Assembly (NCBI GenBank): GCA_963422365.1
Contig: OY729426.1
Span: forward strand, 2,048,001 to 2,112,000
Origin: Nitrospirales bacterium
GTDB taxonomy: Bacteria; Nitrospirota; Nitrospiria; Nitrospirales; UBA8639
Length of the DNA stretch: 64,000 bases
Direction: 5' to 3'
Position numbers and translations under genes: made by a program. Below, one piece after another: positions 53,401 through 60,779 of this stretch. The number at the start of each line of letters is the position of its first letter. The stretch's first letter is position 1. Below the pieces are notes generated by a model. That model searched no databases. It was not told the origin of the DNA and was given only the letters and a program-made list of their open reading frames with translations.

Positions 53401-56400
53401 GCCAGTACGATGGTGTAGGACTGATCGCCATCTTCAAGCCTGTCATCCACCCCGGTGACGGTGACTATCTGCGCGGCATCCCAGTTGGCAGCAGTGAAGG
53501 TCAGCGATGACGGGGTTACTTTGCCTTCACTTCCGTCGGAACTGGATACACCAATGGTGACGGCCGCCGTCGGCTGGGTATCGAGTACTACAATGAAGGT
53601 GTCGCTACCGCCGGCCTCGGTGGTGACGGTGCTGCCACCGGTCTCGGTGACCGTGACGCCCGCCTCGGACACGGTGGCGCCGGCCCCGTCGTTATCGATG
53701 AGGGTCACACTGACGCTGGCGATGCGCACCGAGTCGTAGCCGCCCCCAGAGGCTGCATGGGTGATGGTCGTGCTTCTCTCGGCATCGGTCTCGTCATCCA
53801 CCCCGGTGACGGTGACGGGCTGCGCCGTCTTCCAGTTGCCGGTGGTGAAGGTGAGCGAGGCCGGGGAGACCGTAGCCACGTCGGTATCGCCACTGGCGGG
53901 CGTGATGGTGACGGTGCCACTCGGCTGGCTTTGCAGGCCCACACGGTAGGTGGCCGTGTGGCCGCTGCCGCTGGCCTCGGTGACCGTGACGCGGTTCCTG
54001 GATATGGTGACGCCGGCAGTGTCGTCATCGATGAGGGTCACACTGACGCTGGCAATCCTCACCGAGTTGTAGCCACCCCCGGCTGCCGCATGAGTAATGG
54101 TCGTGGCTCTCTCCGCATCGGTTCGGTCATCCACCCCCGTCACCGTTACCTCCTGCGGCTGATCCCAGTTCGAAGGGGTGAAGGTCAGCGAACCTGATGG
54201 CGTCGCCACATTCGGATTCCTGCTCCTCGGCGTCACTCTCACGCTTCCCCCCCCGGTCGGTTTGCTGGTCAACACCATCGTGTAGGTCGCCGTCCGCCCC
54301 GCTTTCGTCACCGTTACACTCGACGTAGAAATCGTGACGCCAGCGACGTCATCATCTCTGAGTGACACCGCCACATTCGCGATGCGCACCGGGTTATAGC
54401 CACCACCGCTTACGGTATGGGTAATGCTGGTGCTTCTATCGGTATCAAAGTCGTCATCCACCCCGGTGACGGTGACAGTCTGCGCCGTGTCCCAGTTGCC
54501 GGCGGTGAAGGTCAGGGGCGCGGAGACCATGGCCACGTTAATGTCGCCGCTGCGGGGGGTGATGGTGACATGGCCCGAGGGCCGGCTGTCCAGGACTACG
54601 CGGTAGGTGGCGGTGCCGCCATCCTCGTCAACCGTGACCGCACTCTCAGACAGTGTCACGCCGGCCCCGTCGTCATCAATCAAGGTCACCGCCACATCCG
54701 CCCCACTGACCGAACCATAGCCACCGCCTGAAGCACTATGGGTAATGCTCGTGCTTCTATCGGTATCGGTACTGTCATCCACCCCGGTGACGGTGACGGG
54801 CTGCGGGGTCTTCCAGTTGGATGAAGTGAAGGTCAGTGAGGCCGGAGAAACGGTGGCCACAGAGTCGTCACCGCTGGCAGGGGTCACGGTAACGTTGCCC
54901 GAGGGCTGGCTTTGCAGGACCACGCGGTAGGTGGCCGTGTGCCCCGAACCACGGGCCTCGGTCACGGTTATCGCACCAGGCGATGCCGTCACACCAACGT
55001 CGTCGTCATCTGTATTGATCGCCAGAACGTCCGCCGGATCGAACCCGTTATAGTTCACGTCCATGCTCACCGCCGCCGCCAGCCGAATGGTGTAACGCCG
55101 ATCTCCATCAGCCCGGTCGTCATCCTTGCCCGTGACGGTGACAGTCTGCGCCGTGTCCCAGTTGCCGGACGTGAATACAAGGCGGCTCTTGTCAACCGTG
55201 CCTTCACTCGGGTCGGAACTGGAGACAGCAATGGTGACTGTGGCGCTCGGCTGGCTGCCCAGGGCTACCCTAAAACGGCCCCTGCCCCCACCCTCCGTGG
55301 TCGTCACGCTGCTCACAGATACCGTCACCTCAGCCACGTCATTGTCTGTGTTGGTCGCCGGAATGTCCGCCGGATCGAGCCCGTTATAGTTCACGTCCGC
55401 GCTCACCGCCGGCCCCAGCCGAATGGTGTAGTCCTGATCCCTATCAGCCAGCACGTCATCCTCCCCCGTCACCGTCACCTCCTGTGGCTGATCCCAATCG
55501 CCGGACGTAAAGGTCAAAGACGCCGGGGCCACCTTGCCTTCACCAGGGTCGGAACTGGTTACGGCGATGGTGACGGCCGCAACCGGCCGGCTACCCAGCG
55601 CTACCCTAAAACGGCCGCTGCCCCCACCCTCCGTGGTCATCACGCGCCCGCCCCCAGATACCCTCACTTCAACCGCATCATCGTCTTTGTTGGTCGCCGG
55701 AACAGCCGCCGCGAACCCGCGATAGTGCATGTCCGCGCTCACTGCCGGCCCCAGCCGAATGGTGTAGGACTGATCGCCATCGTCCAGATCGTCGTCCTCC
55801 CCAGTTACGACCAATACCTTTTGTTCGCCCCAGCCCGCGGGCGTAAAGGTCAGAGACGCCGGGGCCACCCTGCCTTCAGTAGTGTCGGAACTGGTTACGG
55901 CGATGGTGACGGCCGCGGTCGGCCGTCTCGTCAACCTCATAGATAGGAATTCCTGTTGCCCGCCCTCGGAAGTCTCCAGCTTGCTCTTCGACAGGATTAA
56001 TCCGGGCCCTTTATCGTCATCAACGTTGGTGACTCTGATGTCTTTCGGATCAATGCCGCGGTAGCCGGCATCGGCGCTGACAGCCGCGGCCAGTACGATG
56101 GTGTAGGACCGATCACCATCTTCAATCCGGTCATTCACCCCGGTGACGGTGACCGTCTGTGCGGTGTTCCAGTTGTCGGACGTGAATACCAGGCGGCTCT
56201 TGTCAACCGTGCCTTCACTCGGGTCGGAACTGGTTACGGCGATGCTGACGTCGGCCGAGGGCGGGGTATCGAGTACTACGGTGAAGGTGGCGGTGCGCCT
56301 AGCACCACTGGCTTCGGTGGTGGTGACGCGGCTCTCGGACACGGTGACACCGGCCTTGTCGTTATCGATGAGGGTCACCGTCACGTCGGGGATGCTCACC

Positions 56401-57557
56401 GAGTCGTAGCCGCCCCCGGCTGCCTGATGGGTGATGGTCGTACGGCGATCCGTGTTGATCCGGTCATCCACCCCGGTGACGGTAACTTGCTGTGCAGTTT
56501 CCCAATTATCGGTGGTGAAGGTGAGCGAGGCCGGGGAGACGGTGGCGACAGAGTTAGCACCGCTGGTGGGGGTGAGAGTGACGTCGCCCGTCGGCTGGCT
56601 TTGCAGGCCCACGCGGTAGGTGGCCGTGTGGCCGCTGCCGCTGGCCTCGGTGACCGTGACGCGGCTTTTGGACACGGTGACGCCGGCAGTGTCGTCATCG
56701 GTCAGCGTGACGCCCACGCTGGCAATCCTCACCGAGTCGTAGCCGCCGCCGGAAGCCCTATGGCTGATGGTGGTGGTTCTATCTCCTGTATCAATGTCGT
56801 CATGAATGCCGGTGACGGTGACGGGCTGCGGTAGGTACCAGTCGGTGATGGTGAAGGTCAGGGGCGCGGAGACTGTGGCCACGTTAATGTCGTCACTGCG
56901 GGGGGTGATGGTGACGGTGTTGGTCGGCGAGGTCTTGAGTACGACGGTGTAGGTGACGGTGCGCCCGGCACCAGTGGCTTCGGTCACGAGCACACTGTTG
57001 GTGGAGACGGTAACGCCCACGGTGTCGTCATCAACGTTGATGACGGCTATATCGTTCGGATCAACGCCGTTGTAGTTGGCATCGGTGCTGGTGGCCGCGG
57101 CCAGTACGATGGTGTAGGACTGATCGCCATCTTCAAGCCTGTCATCCACCCCGGTGACGGTGACTATCTGCGCGGCATCCCAGTTGGCAGCAGTGAAGGT
57201 CAGCGATGACGGGGTTACTTTGCCTTCACTTCCGTCGGAACTGGATACACCAATGGTGACGGCCGCCGTCGGCTGGGTATCGAGTACTACAATGAAGATG
57301 TCGCTACCGCCGGCCTCGGTGGTGACGGTGCTGCCACCGGTCTCGGTGACCGTGACGCCGGGGGTGATATTCGCATGGGCCGGCAGTGCGCAGATGGTAC
57401 AGAGGGTCAGGCCCAGTATAGCGGCGAGGTGCCGCAGGTGTTGACGAGGCTTGAAGGCGTTAGTCCGCCGAACAGGAGTTTCGGGGGGGGTAACGAAGGA
57501 CGCGGTGAGAGCCCGGGGAACAGGTGCGAGAATCCAAATAACCAGGGCTATCCACAT
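44430..57557 (-). CDS. Giant (4375 aa) autotransporter adhesin: ~31 Calx-beta/Ig-like repeats, cadherin-like and PKD-like domains, C-terminal beta-barrel; start uncertain
   Basis: Signal ending AHA; ~111-aa repeats with LTFT..NW..PQ.VTVTG.DD and TLxDDD; VPEN...PDFETP...N.Y cadherin-like unit; PVAHAG...LDGSGS.DPEG; WLGRFGRT helix; barrel ending AFRF. Confidence 0.85.
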   Translation of the reverse strand: MWIALVIWILAPVPRALTASFVTPPETPVRRTNAFKPRQHLRHLAAILGLTLCTICALPAHANITPGVTVTETGGSTVTTEAGGSDIFIVVLDTQPTAAVTIGVSSSDGSEGKVTPSSLTFTAANWDAAQIVTVTGVDDRLEDGDQSYTIVLAAATSTDANYNGVDPNDIAVINVDDDTVGVTVSTNSVLVTEATGAGRTVTYTVVLKTSPTNTVTITPRSDDINVATVSAPLTFTITDWYLPQPVTVTGIHDDIDTGDRTTTISHRASGGGYDSVRIASVGVTLTDDDTAGVTVSKSRVTVTEASGSGHTATYRVGLQSQPTGDVTLTPTSGANSVATVSPASLTFTTDNWETAQQVTVTGVDDRINTDRRTTITHQAAGGGYDSVSIPDVTVTLIDNDKAGVTVSESRVTTTEASGARRTATFTVVLDTPPSADVSIAVTSSDPSEGTVDKSRLVFTSDNWNTAQTVTVTGVNDRIEDGDRSYTIVLAAAVSADAGYRGIDPKDIRVTNVDDDKGPGLILSKSKLETSEGGQQEFLSMRLTRRPTAAVTIAVTSSDTTEGRVAPASLTFTPAGWGEQKVLVVTGEDDDLDDGDQSYTIRLGPAVSADMHYRGFAAAVPATNKDDDAVEVRVSGGGRVMTTEGGGSGRFRVALGSRPVAAVTIAVTSSDPGEGKVAPASLTFTSGDWDQPQEVTVTGEDDVLADRDQDYTIRLGPAVSADVNYNGLDPADIPATNTDNDVAEVTVSVSSVTTTEGGGRGRFRVALGSQPSATVTIAVSSSDPSEGTVDKSRLVFTSGNWDTAQTVTVTGKDDDRADGDRRYTIRLAAAVSMDVNYNGFDPADVLAINTDDDDVGVTASPGAITVTEARGSGHTATYRVVLQSQPSGNVTVTPASGDDSVATVSPASLTFTSSNWKTPQPVTVTGVDDSTDTDRSTSITHSASGGGYGSVSGADVAVTLIDDDGAGVTLSESAVTVDEDGGTATYRVVLDSRPSGHVTITPRSGDINVAMVSAPLTFTAGNWDTAQTVTVTGVDDDFDTDRSTSITHTVSGGGYNPVRIANVAVSLRDDDVAGVTISTSSVTVTKAGRTATYTMVLTSKPTGGGSVRVTPRSRNPNVATPSGSLTFTPSNWDQPQEVTVTGVDDRTDAERATTITHAAAGGGYNSVRIASVSVTLIDDDTAGVTISRNRVTVTEASGSGHTATYRVGLQSQPSGTVTITPASGDTDVATVSPASLTFTTGNWKTAQPVTVTGVDDETDAERSTTITHAASGGGYDSVRIASVSVTLIDNDGAGATVSEAGVTVTETGGSTVTTEAGGSDTFIVVLDTQPTAAVTIGVSSSDGSEGKVTPSSLTFTAANWDAAQIVTVTGVDDRLEDGDQSYTIVLAAATSTDANYNGVDPNDIAVINVDDDTVGVTVSTNSVLVTEATGAGRTVTYTVVLKTSPTNTVTITPRSDDINVATVSAPLTFTITDWYLPQPVTVTGIHDDIDTGDRTTTISHRASGGGYDSVRIASVGVTLTDDDTAGVTVSKSRVTVTEASGSGHTATYRVGLQSQPTGDVTLTPTSGANSVATVSPASLTFTTDNWETAQQVTVTGVDDRINTDRRTTITHQAAGGGYDSVSIPDVTVTLIDNDKAGVTVSESRVTTTEASGARRTATFTVVLDTPPSADVSIAVTSSDPSEGTVDKSRLVFTSDNWNTAQTVTVTGVNDRIEDGDRSYTIVLAAAVSADAGYRGIDPKDIRVTNVDDDKGPGLILSKSKLETSEGGQQEFLSMRLTRRPTAAVTIAVTSSDTTEGRVAPASLTFTPAGWGEQKVLVVTGEDDDLDDGDQSYTIRLGPAVSADMHYRGFAAAVPATNKDDDAVEVRVSGGGRVMTTEGGGSGRFRVALGSRPVAAVTIAVTSSDPGEGKVAPVSLTFTSGDWDQPQEVTVTGEDDVLADRDQDYTIRLGPAVSADMNYNGLDPADIPATNTDNDVAEVTVSVSSVTTTEGGGRGRFRVALGSQPSATVTIAVSSSDPSEGTVDKSRLVFTSGNWDTAQTVTVTGKDDDRADGDRRYTIRLAAAVSMDVNYNGFDPADVLAINTDDDDVGVTASPGAITVTEARGSGHTATYRVVLQSQPSGNVTVTPASGDDSVATVSPASLTFTSSNWKTPQPVTVTGVDDDIDTDRSTSITHSASGGGYGSVSGADVAVTLIDDDGAGVTLSESAVTVDEDGGTATYRVVLDSRPSGHVTITPRSGDINVAMVSAPLTFTAGNWDTAQTVTVTGVDDDFDTDRSTSITHTVSGGGYNPVRIANVAVSLRDDDVAGVTISTSSVTVTKAGRTATYTMVLTSKPTGGGSVRVTPRSRNPNVATPSGSLTFTPSNWDQPQEVTVTGVDDRTDAERATTITHAAAGGGYNSVRIASVSVTLIDDDTAGVTISRNRVTVTEASGSGHTATYRVGLQSQPSGTVTITPASGDTDVATVSPASLTFTTGNWKTAQPVTVTGVDDETDAERSTTITHAASGGGYDSVRIASVSVTLIDNDGAGVTVSEAGVTVTEASGSGHTATYRVGLQSQPTGTVTLTPASGDNSVATVSPASLTFTTGNWDTAQPVTVTGVDDRTDAERSTTISHAITGGGYDSVSIPDVTVTLIDDDGAGVTVSETGVTVTEASGSGHTATYRVGLQSQPTGTVTITPASGDNSVATVSPASLTFTTGNWDTAQPVTVTGVDDETDAERSTTITHTITGGGYDSVSIPDVTVTLIDDDGAGVTVSETGVTVTEASGSGHTATYRVGLQSQPTGTVTITPASGDTDVATVSPASLTFTTGNWDTAQPVTVTGVDDRTDAERSTTISHAASGGGYDSVSIADVTVTLIDNDGAGATVSEAGVTVTEASGSGHTATYRVGLQSQPTGTVTITPASGDTDVATVSPASLTFTTGNWDTAQPVTVTGVDDRTDAERSTTISHAITGGGYDSVSIPDVTVTLIDDDGAGVTVSETGVTVTEASGSGHTATYRVGLQSQPTGTVTLTPASGDNSVATVSPASLTFTTGNWDTAQPVTVTGVDDETDAERSTTISHAITGGGYDSVSIPDVTVTLIDDDGAGVTVSETGVTVTEASGSGHTATYRVGLQSQPTGTVTITPASGDNSVATVSPASLTFTTGNWDTAQPVTVTGVDDETDAERSTTITHTITGGGYDSVSIPDVTVTLIDDDGAGVTVSETGVTVTEASGSGHTATYRVGLQSQPTGTVTLTPASGDTDVATVSPASLTFTTGNWDTAQPVTVTGVDDETDAERSTTISHAITGGGYASVSVPSVSVTLTDDDTAGVTLSETSVTVTEASAGRSTTYTVVLNTRPSGAVTVTPTSGHTGVATVSASLTFTSANWNTVQTITVTGVDDETDGERSTTITHAVSGGGYGSVGITGVSVTLTDNDTAGVTVSETGGGTATTEGGGSDTISVVLDSQPREQVSITVTSSDTGEGTVFPASLTFTPSTWNQPTPVTVTGVDDEVDDGDQAYRIVLAAAASSDATYNGLDASDVAVTNIDDDEAAIVSPAVFEVPENQGAVGTVLAVGGEAVTYAIVGGVDREQFEVDPATGVLTFRAVPDFETPADEASTDPVNDAGNNQYIVGVTAVVQTGEGEKTLEQTIVVTVTDGNDPPVAHAGEGLTVAQGVRVTLDGSGSRDPEGEGLSYAWEPVEAAAAPKIKLEGAETVRPSFTAPSDLAKTIALTFALTVTDTHGERSAAAAVTIRVLVSVAEQDGHVRFAPLRAGEVVVSRGQRITLEVEQGAPAGLGLTLPLEQLGGEAITTITVKRAPTDLPAQPGYRRVSPAVDISLNKGRLSAFPGGATATVCLPLGEPADGVAVYHYEAGTARWAALPLVGGAQPSAVCGATSKFSPFQAFVPIVSDTARAEVSTHWLGRFGRTMASQAVAVIGERLMGGPAGLGTRVTLGGRPVTLRAAAGDDTAGPGARGEWGGGGRGDELAGSGPGRRRRAVASSRSVREVLLGSAVAWSGAVGAGEAEAAEPAGLWTLWAKGAAGGFRGDRLALEGDVVSGWVGVDYADPWGLAGLAVSHSVGRGRFAVGPEAGRGDVRSAVTSLYPYLRWAVDEDMEVWGVVGVGWGELQLKDKRGEVETDVGMRMGAVGARGALSSVGAVALSLKTDAVGVWMDSEAVPGLPAADAAVQRLRLMLTGQTAWAWAAGHRLQPSLEIGGRLDGGDAETGVGLEVGAGLAYEQPALGVSVTGQGRWLAAHQAAGFEAWGASVSARVAPGEAGLGPAFSLTPVWGQAGSGLEAMWESEPGALPGGVSGGRAGPGAVPDRLDVELGYGLRVWDGWGRLTPYGELSLGDGQAQRLHGGLRLAVPGWAHGLEAALFTEQTRRPGAPAESRVGLTGAFRF
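47652..49982 (-). repeat. Seven tandem 333-bp near-identical units
   Basis: Shadow ORFs recur every 333 bp (47719, 48052, 48385, 48718...); seven GVTVSE-type units in the protein. Confidence 0.93.
49962..57359 (-). repeat. Tandem duplication of 2 x 3699 bp (11 domains each)
   Basis: Identical shadow ORFs offset by 3699 (50006/53705, 51213/54912, 52697/56396); few substitutions. Confidence 0.95.
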
Positions 57558-57746
57558 TATTTACGCGCGCGTGATTGTTCATCACCTAGCGCATCCATTT
57601 TTATCTTATCTCAATACGCACGGCAATATCATAAAGAATGAAAACACGCATGTACAGTAGGAATATGAACGTGGATATACAGGATAATCAGGAAGCAAAT
57701 AGAGCAGGATTAGGATTCAGGGTTTAATTTTTACGAGGGATTTTAT

Positions 57747-57774
57747 GCGGACGGGCACAGGGGCCTGTCCCTAC
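57747..57774 (-). repeat. GTAG-type REP-like palindrome
   Basis: GTAG-GGACAGGC-ccctgt-GCCCGTCC on the minus strand. Confidence 0.55.
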
Positions 57775-57818
57775 CACATTACGTGCTCAACATAACTGTG
57801 GTTGTTTGCTACGTTCGT

Positions 57819-59152
57819 CTAGAAGCGCAGCGAGGCGTTCAGTTCGATGCGGTGTTCCGGGCGTTGGTGCAGGTCGTTGTGTTCAATGAAGACCTCGGTC
57901 TGTAACCCCGCAGCCCGGCACCTCTAAGCGTACACCTTTGCGCAGCCGCTGCGGCTGTCCGTCTTGCAGGTGCAGTTCTGCATATGGTCTCACCAGCTCC
58001 AACCGGCCCAGGCCTCTACGCCGTAGCTGAACTTCAGGTCAAGTCGTCGCGGCAGCATGGATGCCTTGCCGTCGGTATCAGGGTTGCCCTGCAGGGTAAC
58101 CACTTCGTCTTTCCACAGGGCACCGGACTGGTTCATCGCCTGCTCCCATACCAGCGTCATGGTCAGAGATACGCCGCGCCCGGAGGCAATTGAAACGCGC
58201 TGCCTAACAGCAGTTCACGTATCGAGAGACGCTTACAGTTGCCGTGAGAGGCAGGTAACGGTATATGGTTGTCTTTGTGCCGATACGCCCTATATGCTGG
58301 TCACAGACCGCAAAGAGGTCATGGTGTGCGACCCGCTGGCGATACCCATGCAGGCCCGCCAGAGGCTGGAAGCCGGTATGCCGGGAGGCAGAGACATCGG
58401 CGTCCAGATGCCGCCCACCGAGCGTGAAGTGCGTGTCCGAGGACCCCCCAGATGCATACGCCGGAGAGCGTATGACGGTGAAGTGTTCCCCTATAACGTT
58501 GATCGCCTGACTGCCAGGGTGTGACCAACACGCGCCGGCAGGTGCTGCGCTATATGCTGACGGTCGTCATCGATGACCGTGACCGCTACGCTTTGCACCG
58601 TTACCGAAGCATAGCCACCACCCGATATTGTATACATAATAGTGGTGCGGCGATCTACGTCAATGGTGTCGTCTACAGCAGTGACGGTGACAGGCTACGC
58701 AGTGTCCCAGTTAGCGGCGGTGAAGGTGAGCAGGTTGGAGCGCGCCGCCGTGGAGACTCTGGCACAGAGTTATCACCACTGGCAGGGGTCATGGTGACGT
58801 TGCCAGTCGGCTGGCTTTGCAGTACTACGGTGCAGGTGCAACGCGCCAGGCGCCAGTGGCTTCGGTCAGGAGCACGGTTTGCGTGACTGTCCTGGAGAGT
58901 GTGAACCCATGTGTACCGAACTGGGTGTTAGCTGGCAGTGCACAGATGATAGAGAAGACCAGGACTAGGTAGCGGCGAGGTGCCGCAAGAAGGTGTCAAG
59001 GCGTTGGTCCGCCGAACAGGAATTTCGGGGGGGGGTAAGGCGTTCAGGAGCCTGGGCGTGCCCTGTTCCGCGAGTCCTGCCCTCACGGATTCCTTTCCGA
59101 CGCTCTCAGGTTTTCTCTGGGTGACCAGCGTTAACACGTGTTGCCCCTCCAT
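57819..59152 (-). pseudogene. Collapsed paralog of the giant autotransporter
   Basis: Collinear remnants: PPPEIPVRRTNA leader, one repeat, SQAINVIGE and FTLGGR, IRELLLGSAF, RLDLKFSYG, RIELNASLRF stop. Confidence 0.85.
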
Positions 59153-59289
59153 CGTTTGCCTCGAAGCACGGACATGATAAGCCGTGGATTTTTCCACAAC
59201 TCTTTCCTGTTTGGAAGCGACGGGTGCGTTGCCATACCTTGGCGGCAACGTCCATCTGAAGGCATAGCGCAAACGTCTCCAATATTTTT

Positions 59290-59735
59290 ACGTCTATTGT
59301 GCGTTCGGCGGGCGGGAAGCTGGAATTGGAAGACCTGCAGGCTTCGCGCGATTCCATGACCCGGGAAACTGCTTTCACCCTACAGAAGGCCGCCCCGATT
59401 TGGGGTCTGGAGATCACCCGCACCGAGATCATCGAGGTGATTGTCGATGAGCAGACCAAGGCTTCCCCGCAGCAGCCATTGAACGCAGATCAGGAACGGC
59501 GTGCCGTCATTGCGAAGGCTGAGGGCAAGACACGGTCGGTGGAGCTTGCGGCTGGGCGGAGTTCTATCAAGCCCCGAGGAAGGCCGAGGCCATCAGGGGG
59601 ACAGCCGAAGCGGAAGCCTACACCGGGCGCCAGCGGAGGCTGCCCAGACGACGCTGCTCGCGGAAGCGATTGCCAAGAACGGCCAGCCTGCCGTGGAGTT
59701 TGAAATCAGAAAGCGGCACGTTACTGAAATCGCTG
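59290..59735 (+). pseudogene. SPFH/band-7 (QmcA-like) protein fragment
   Basis: VRSAGGKLELEDLQASR...WGLEITRTEI...ERRAVIAKAEG; frameshifted to LAEAIAKNGQPAVEFEI; no N-terminus. Confidence 0.75.
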
Positions 59736-59797
59736 TCCCGTCATCCCACTCAGCCCCGAGTCAAATCAAATTGACATTTCTGAGTCGTTATGATATT

Positions 59798-59812
59798 TGC
59801 AAGTGACTTTCA
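59798..59812 (+). promoter_or_regulatory. Putative Fur-family operator (7-1-7) next to a TTGACA -35 box
   Basis: TGCAAGT-G-ACTTTCA with one mismatch; TTGACA at 59771; 23 nt before the regulator gene. Confidence 0.5.
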
Positions 59813-59835
59813 GTAACGAGTTGTGAGCATGATGC

Positions 59836-60255
59836 GTGCAAGCTAAAGTCAAAGATGAGATTGCAGCGGCTGGGAAGCGAATGACGAGGACTCGTCAGGC
59901 TGTGTTGTCTGTGCTGGAATCCACGAAATACCCGTTAAGTCCGACTGAATTGTATAACCGGTTGAAGAAGCAGAAGGTCGCAATTGACCCTGTCACCGTT
60001 TACCGCAACTTGGATACATTAAAGGGACTTGGACTGGTCACGCAGCTTAAGCTGCACCAAGATGGGCAGTTTCGTTATGAGTTGAGAGAAGGTCGCGAAC
60101 ATCACCATCACATTCGATGCAAGAGTTGTGGGCGGATCGTAGACTTGCTGTTGTGTCCGCTTAAAAAGCTCACGGCGATGATTGAGCAAGAAACGCGGTT
60201 TGTGGTGGGTGATCATTCGCTGGAATTTAGTGGCTGGTGTCCCAAATGTCAGTAG
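59836..60255 (+). CDS. Fur-family transcriptional regulator (Zur-like)
   Basis: RMTRTR, TVYRNL, HHHHIRCKSCG, GWCPKC. Confidence 0.92.
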   Translation: MQAKVKDEIAAAGKRMTRTRQAVLSVLESTKYPLSPTELYNRLKKQKVAIDPVTVYRNLDTLKGLGLVTQLKLHQDGQFRYELREGREHHHHIRCKSCGRIVDLLLCPLKKLTAMIEQETRFVVGDHSLEFSGWCPKCQ

Positions 60256-60276
60256 CTTCCGCACAATAGGTTAAGC

Positions 60277-60744
60277 ATGAAAACGTTAGGCGTTTCACTC
60301 TCTAAGGCCGGTTCGATCATCTCATTAGTGTGTGCAGTGCATTGCGCCTTAACGCCATTGGCGTTATTGGCGCTTCCCTTATTAGCTGCGCAATATGGCG
60401 GGGCCTTTGAAGGACTCTTTGGCTCGGTGTTTTCTCATTCGGCTGAATGGGTGTTTCTGGGCGTCATCGTGGTGATTGCCGGGCTTGGCGTGCTCGTGAC
60501 CTATCCCGTGCATCGAGACCATCGTCCCGCCACGTTGACAGTGGCCGGTTTTTTGATGTTGTTGTTGGTTCGTTTGTTTATAGAACAAGGTTCGAGTGTG
60601 GAAATCAGCGGAGACTTGATCGGGGCATCGATGATTGCTTGGGGTGGATTTATCAACCGGTCGTTGTGCCGCTGCCATGCTTGTCATGAAAATGCCGCTG
60701 AGCATGGAGCTTCCAGTCCGCTTCCGGCTTCAACGGGTTCTTGA
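60277..60744 (+). CDS. MerC-domain membrane protein
   Basis: SLVCAVHCALTP, four TM helices, C-terminal CRCHACH. Confidence 0.8.
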   Translation: MKTLGVSLSKAGSIISLVCAVHCALTPLALLALPLLAAQYGGAFEGLFGSVFSHSAEWVFLGVIVVIAGLGVLVTYPVHRDHRPATLTVAGFLMLLLVRLFIEQGSSVEISGDLIGASMIAWGGFINRSLCRCHACHENAAEHGASSPLPASTGS

Positions 60745-60779
60745 TCCATAGGGCGTGTGGTGACTGATCGCGGCCTTCT

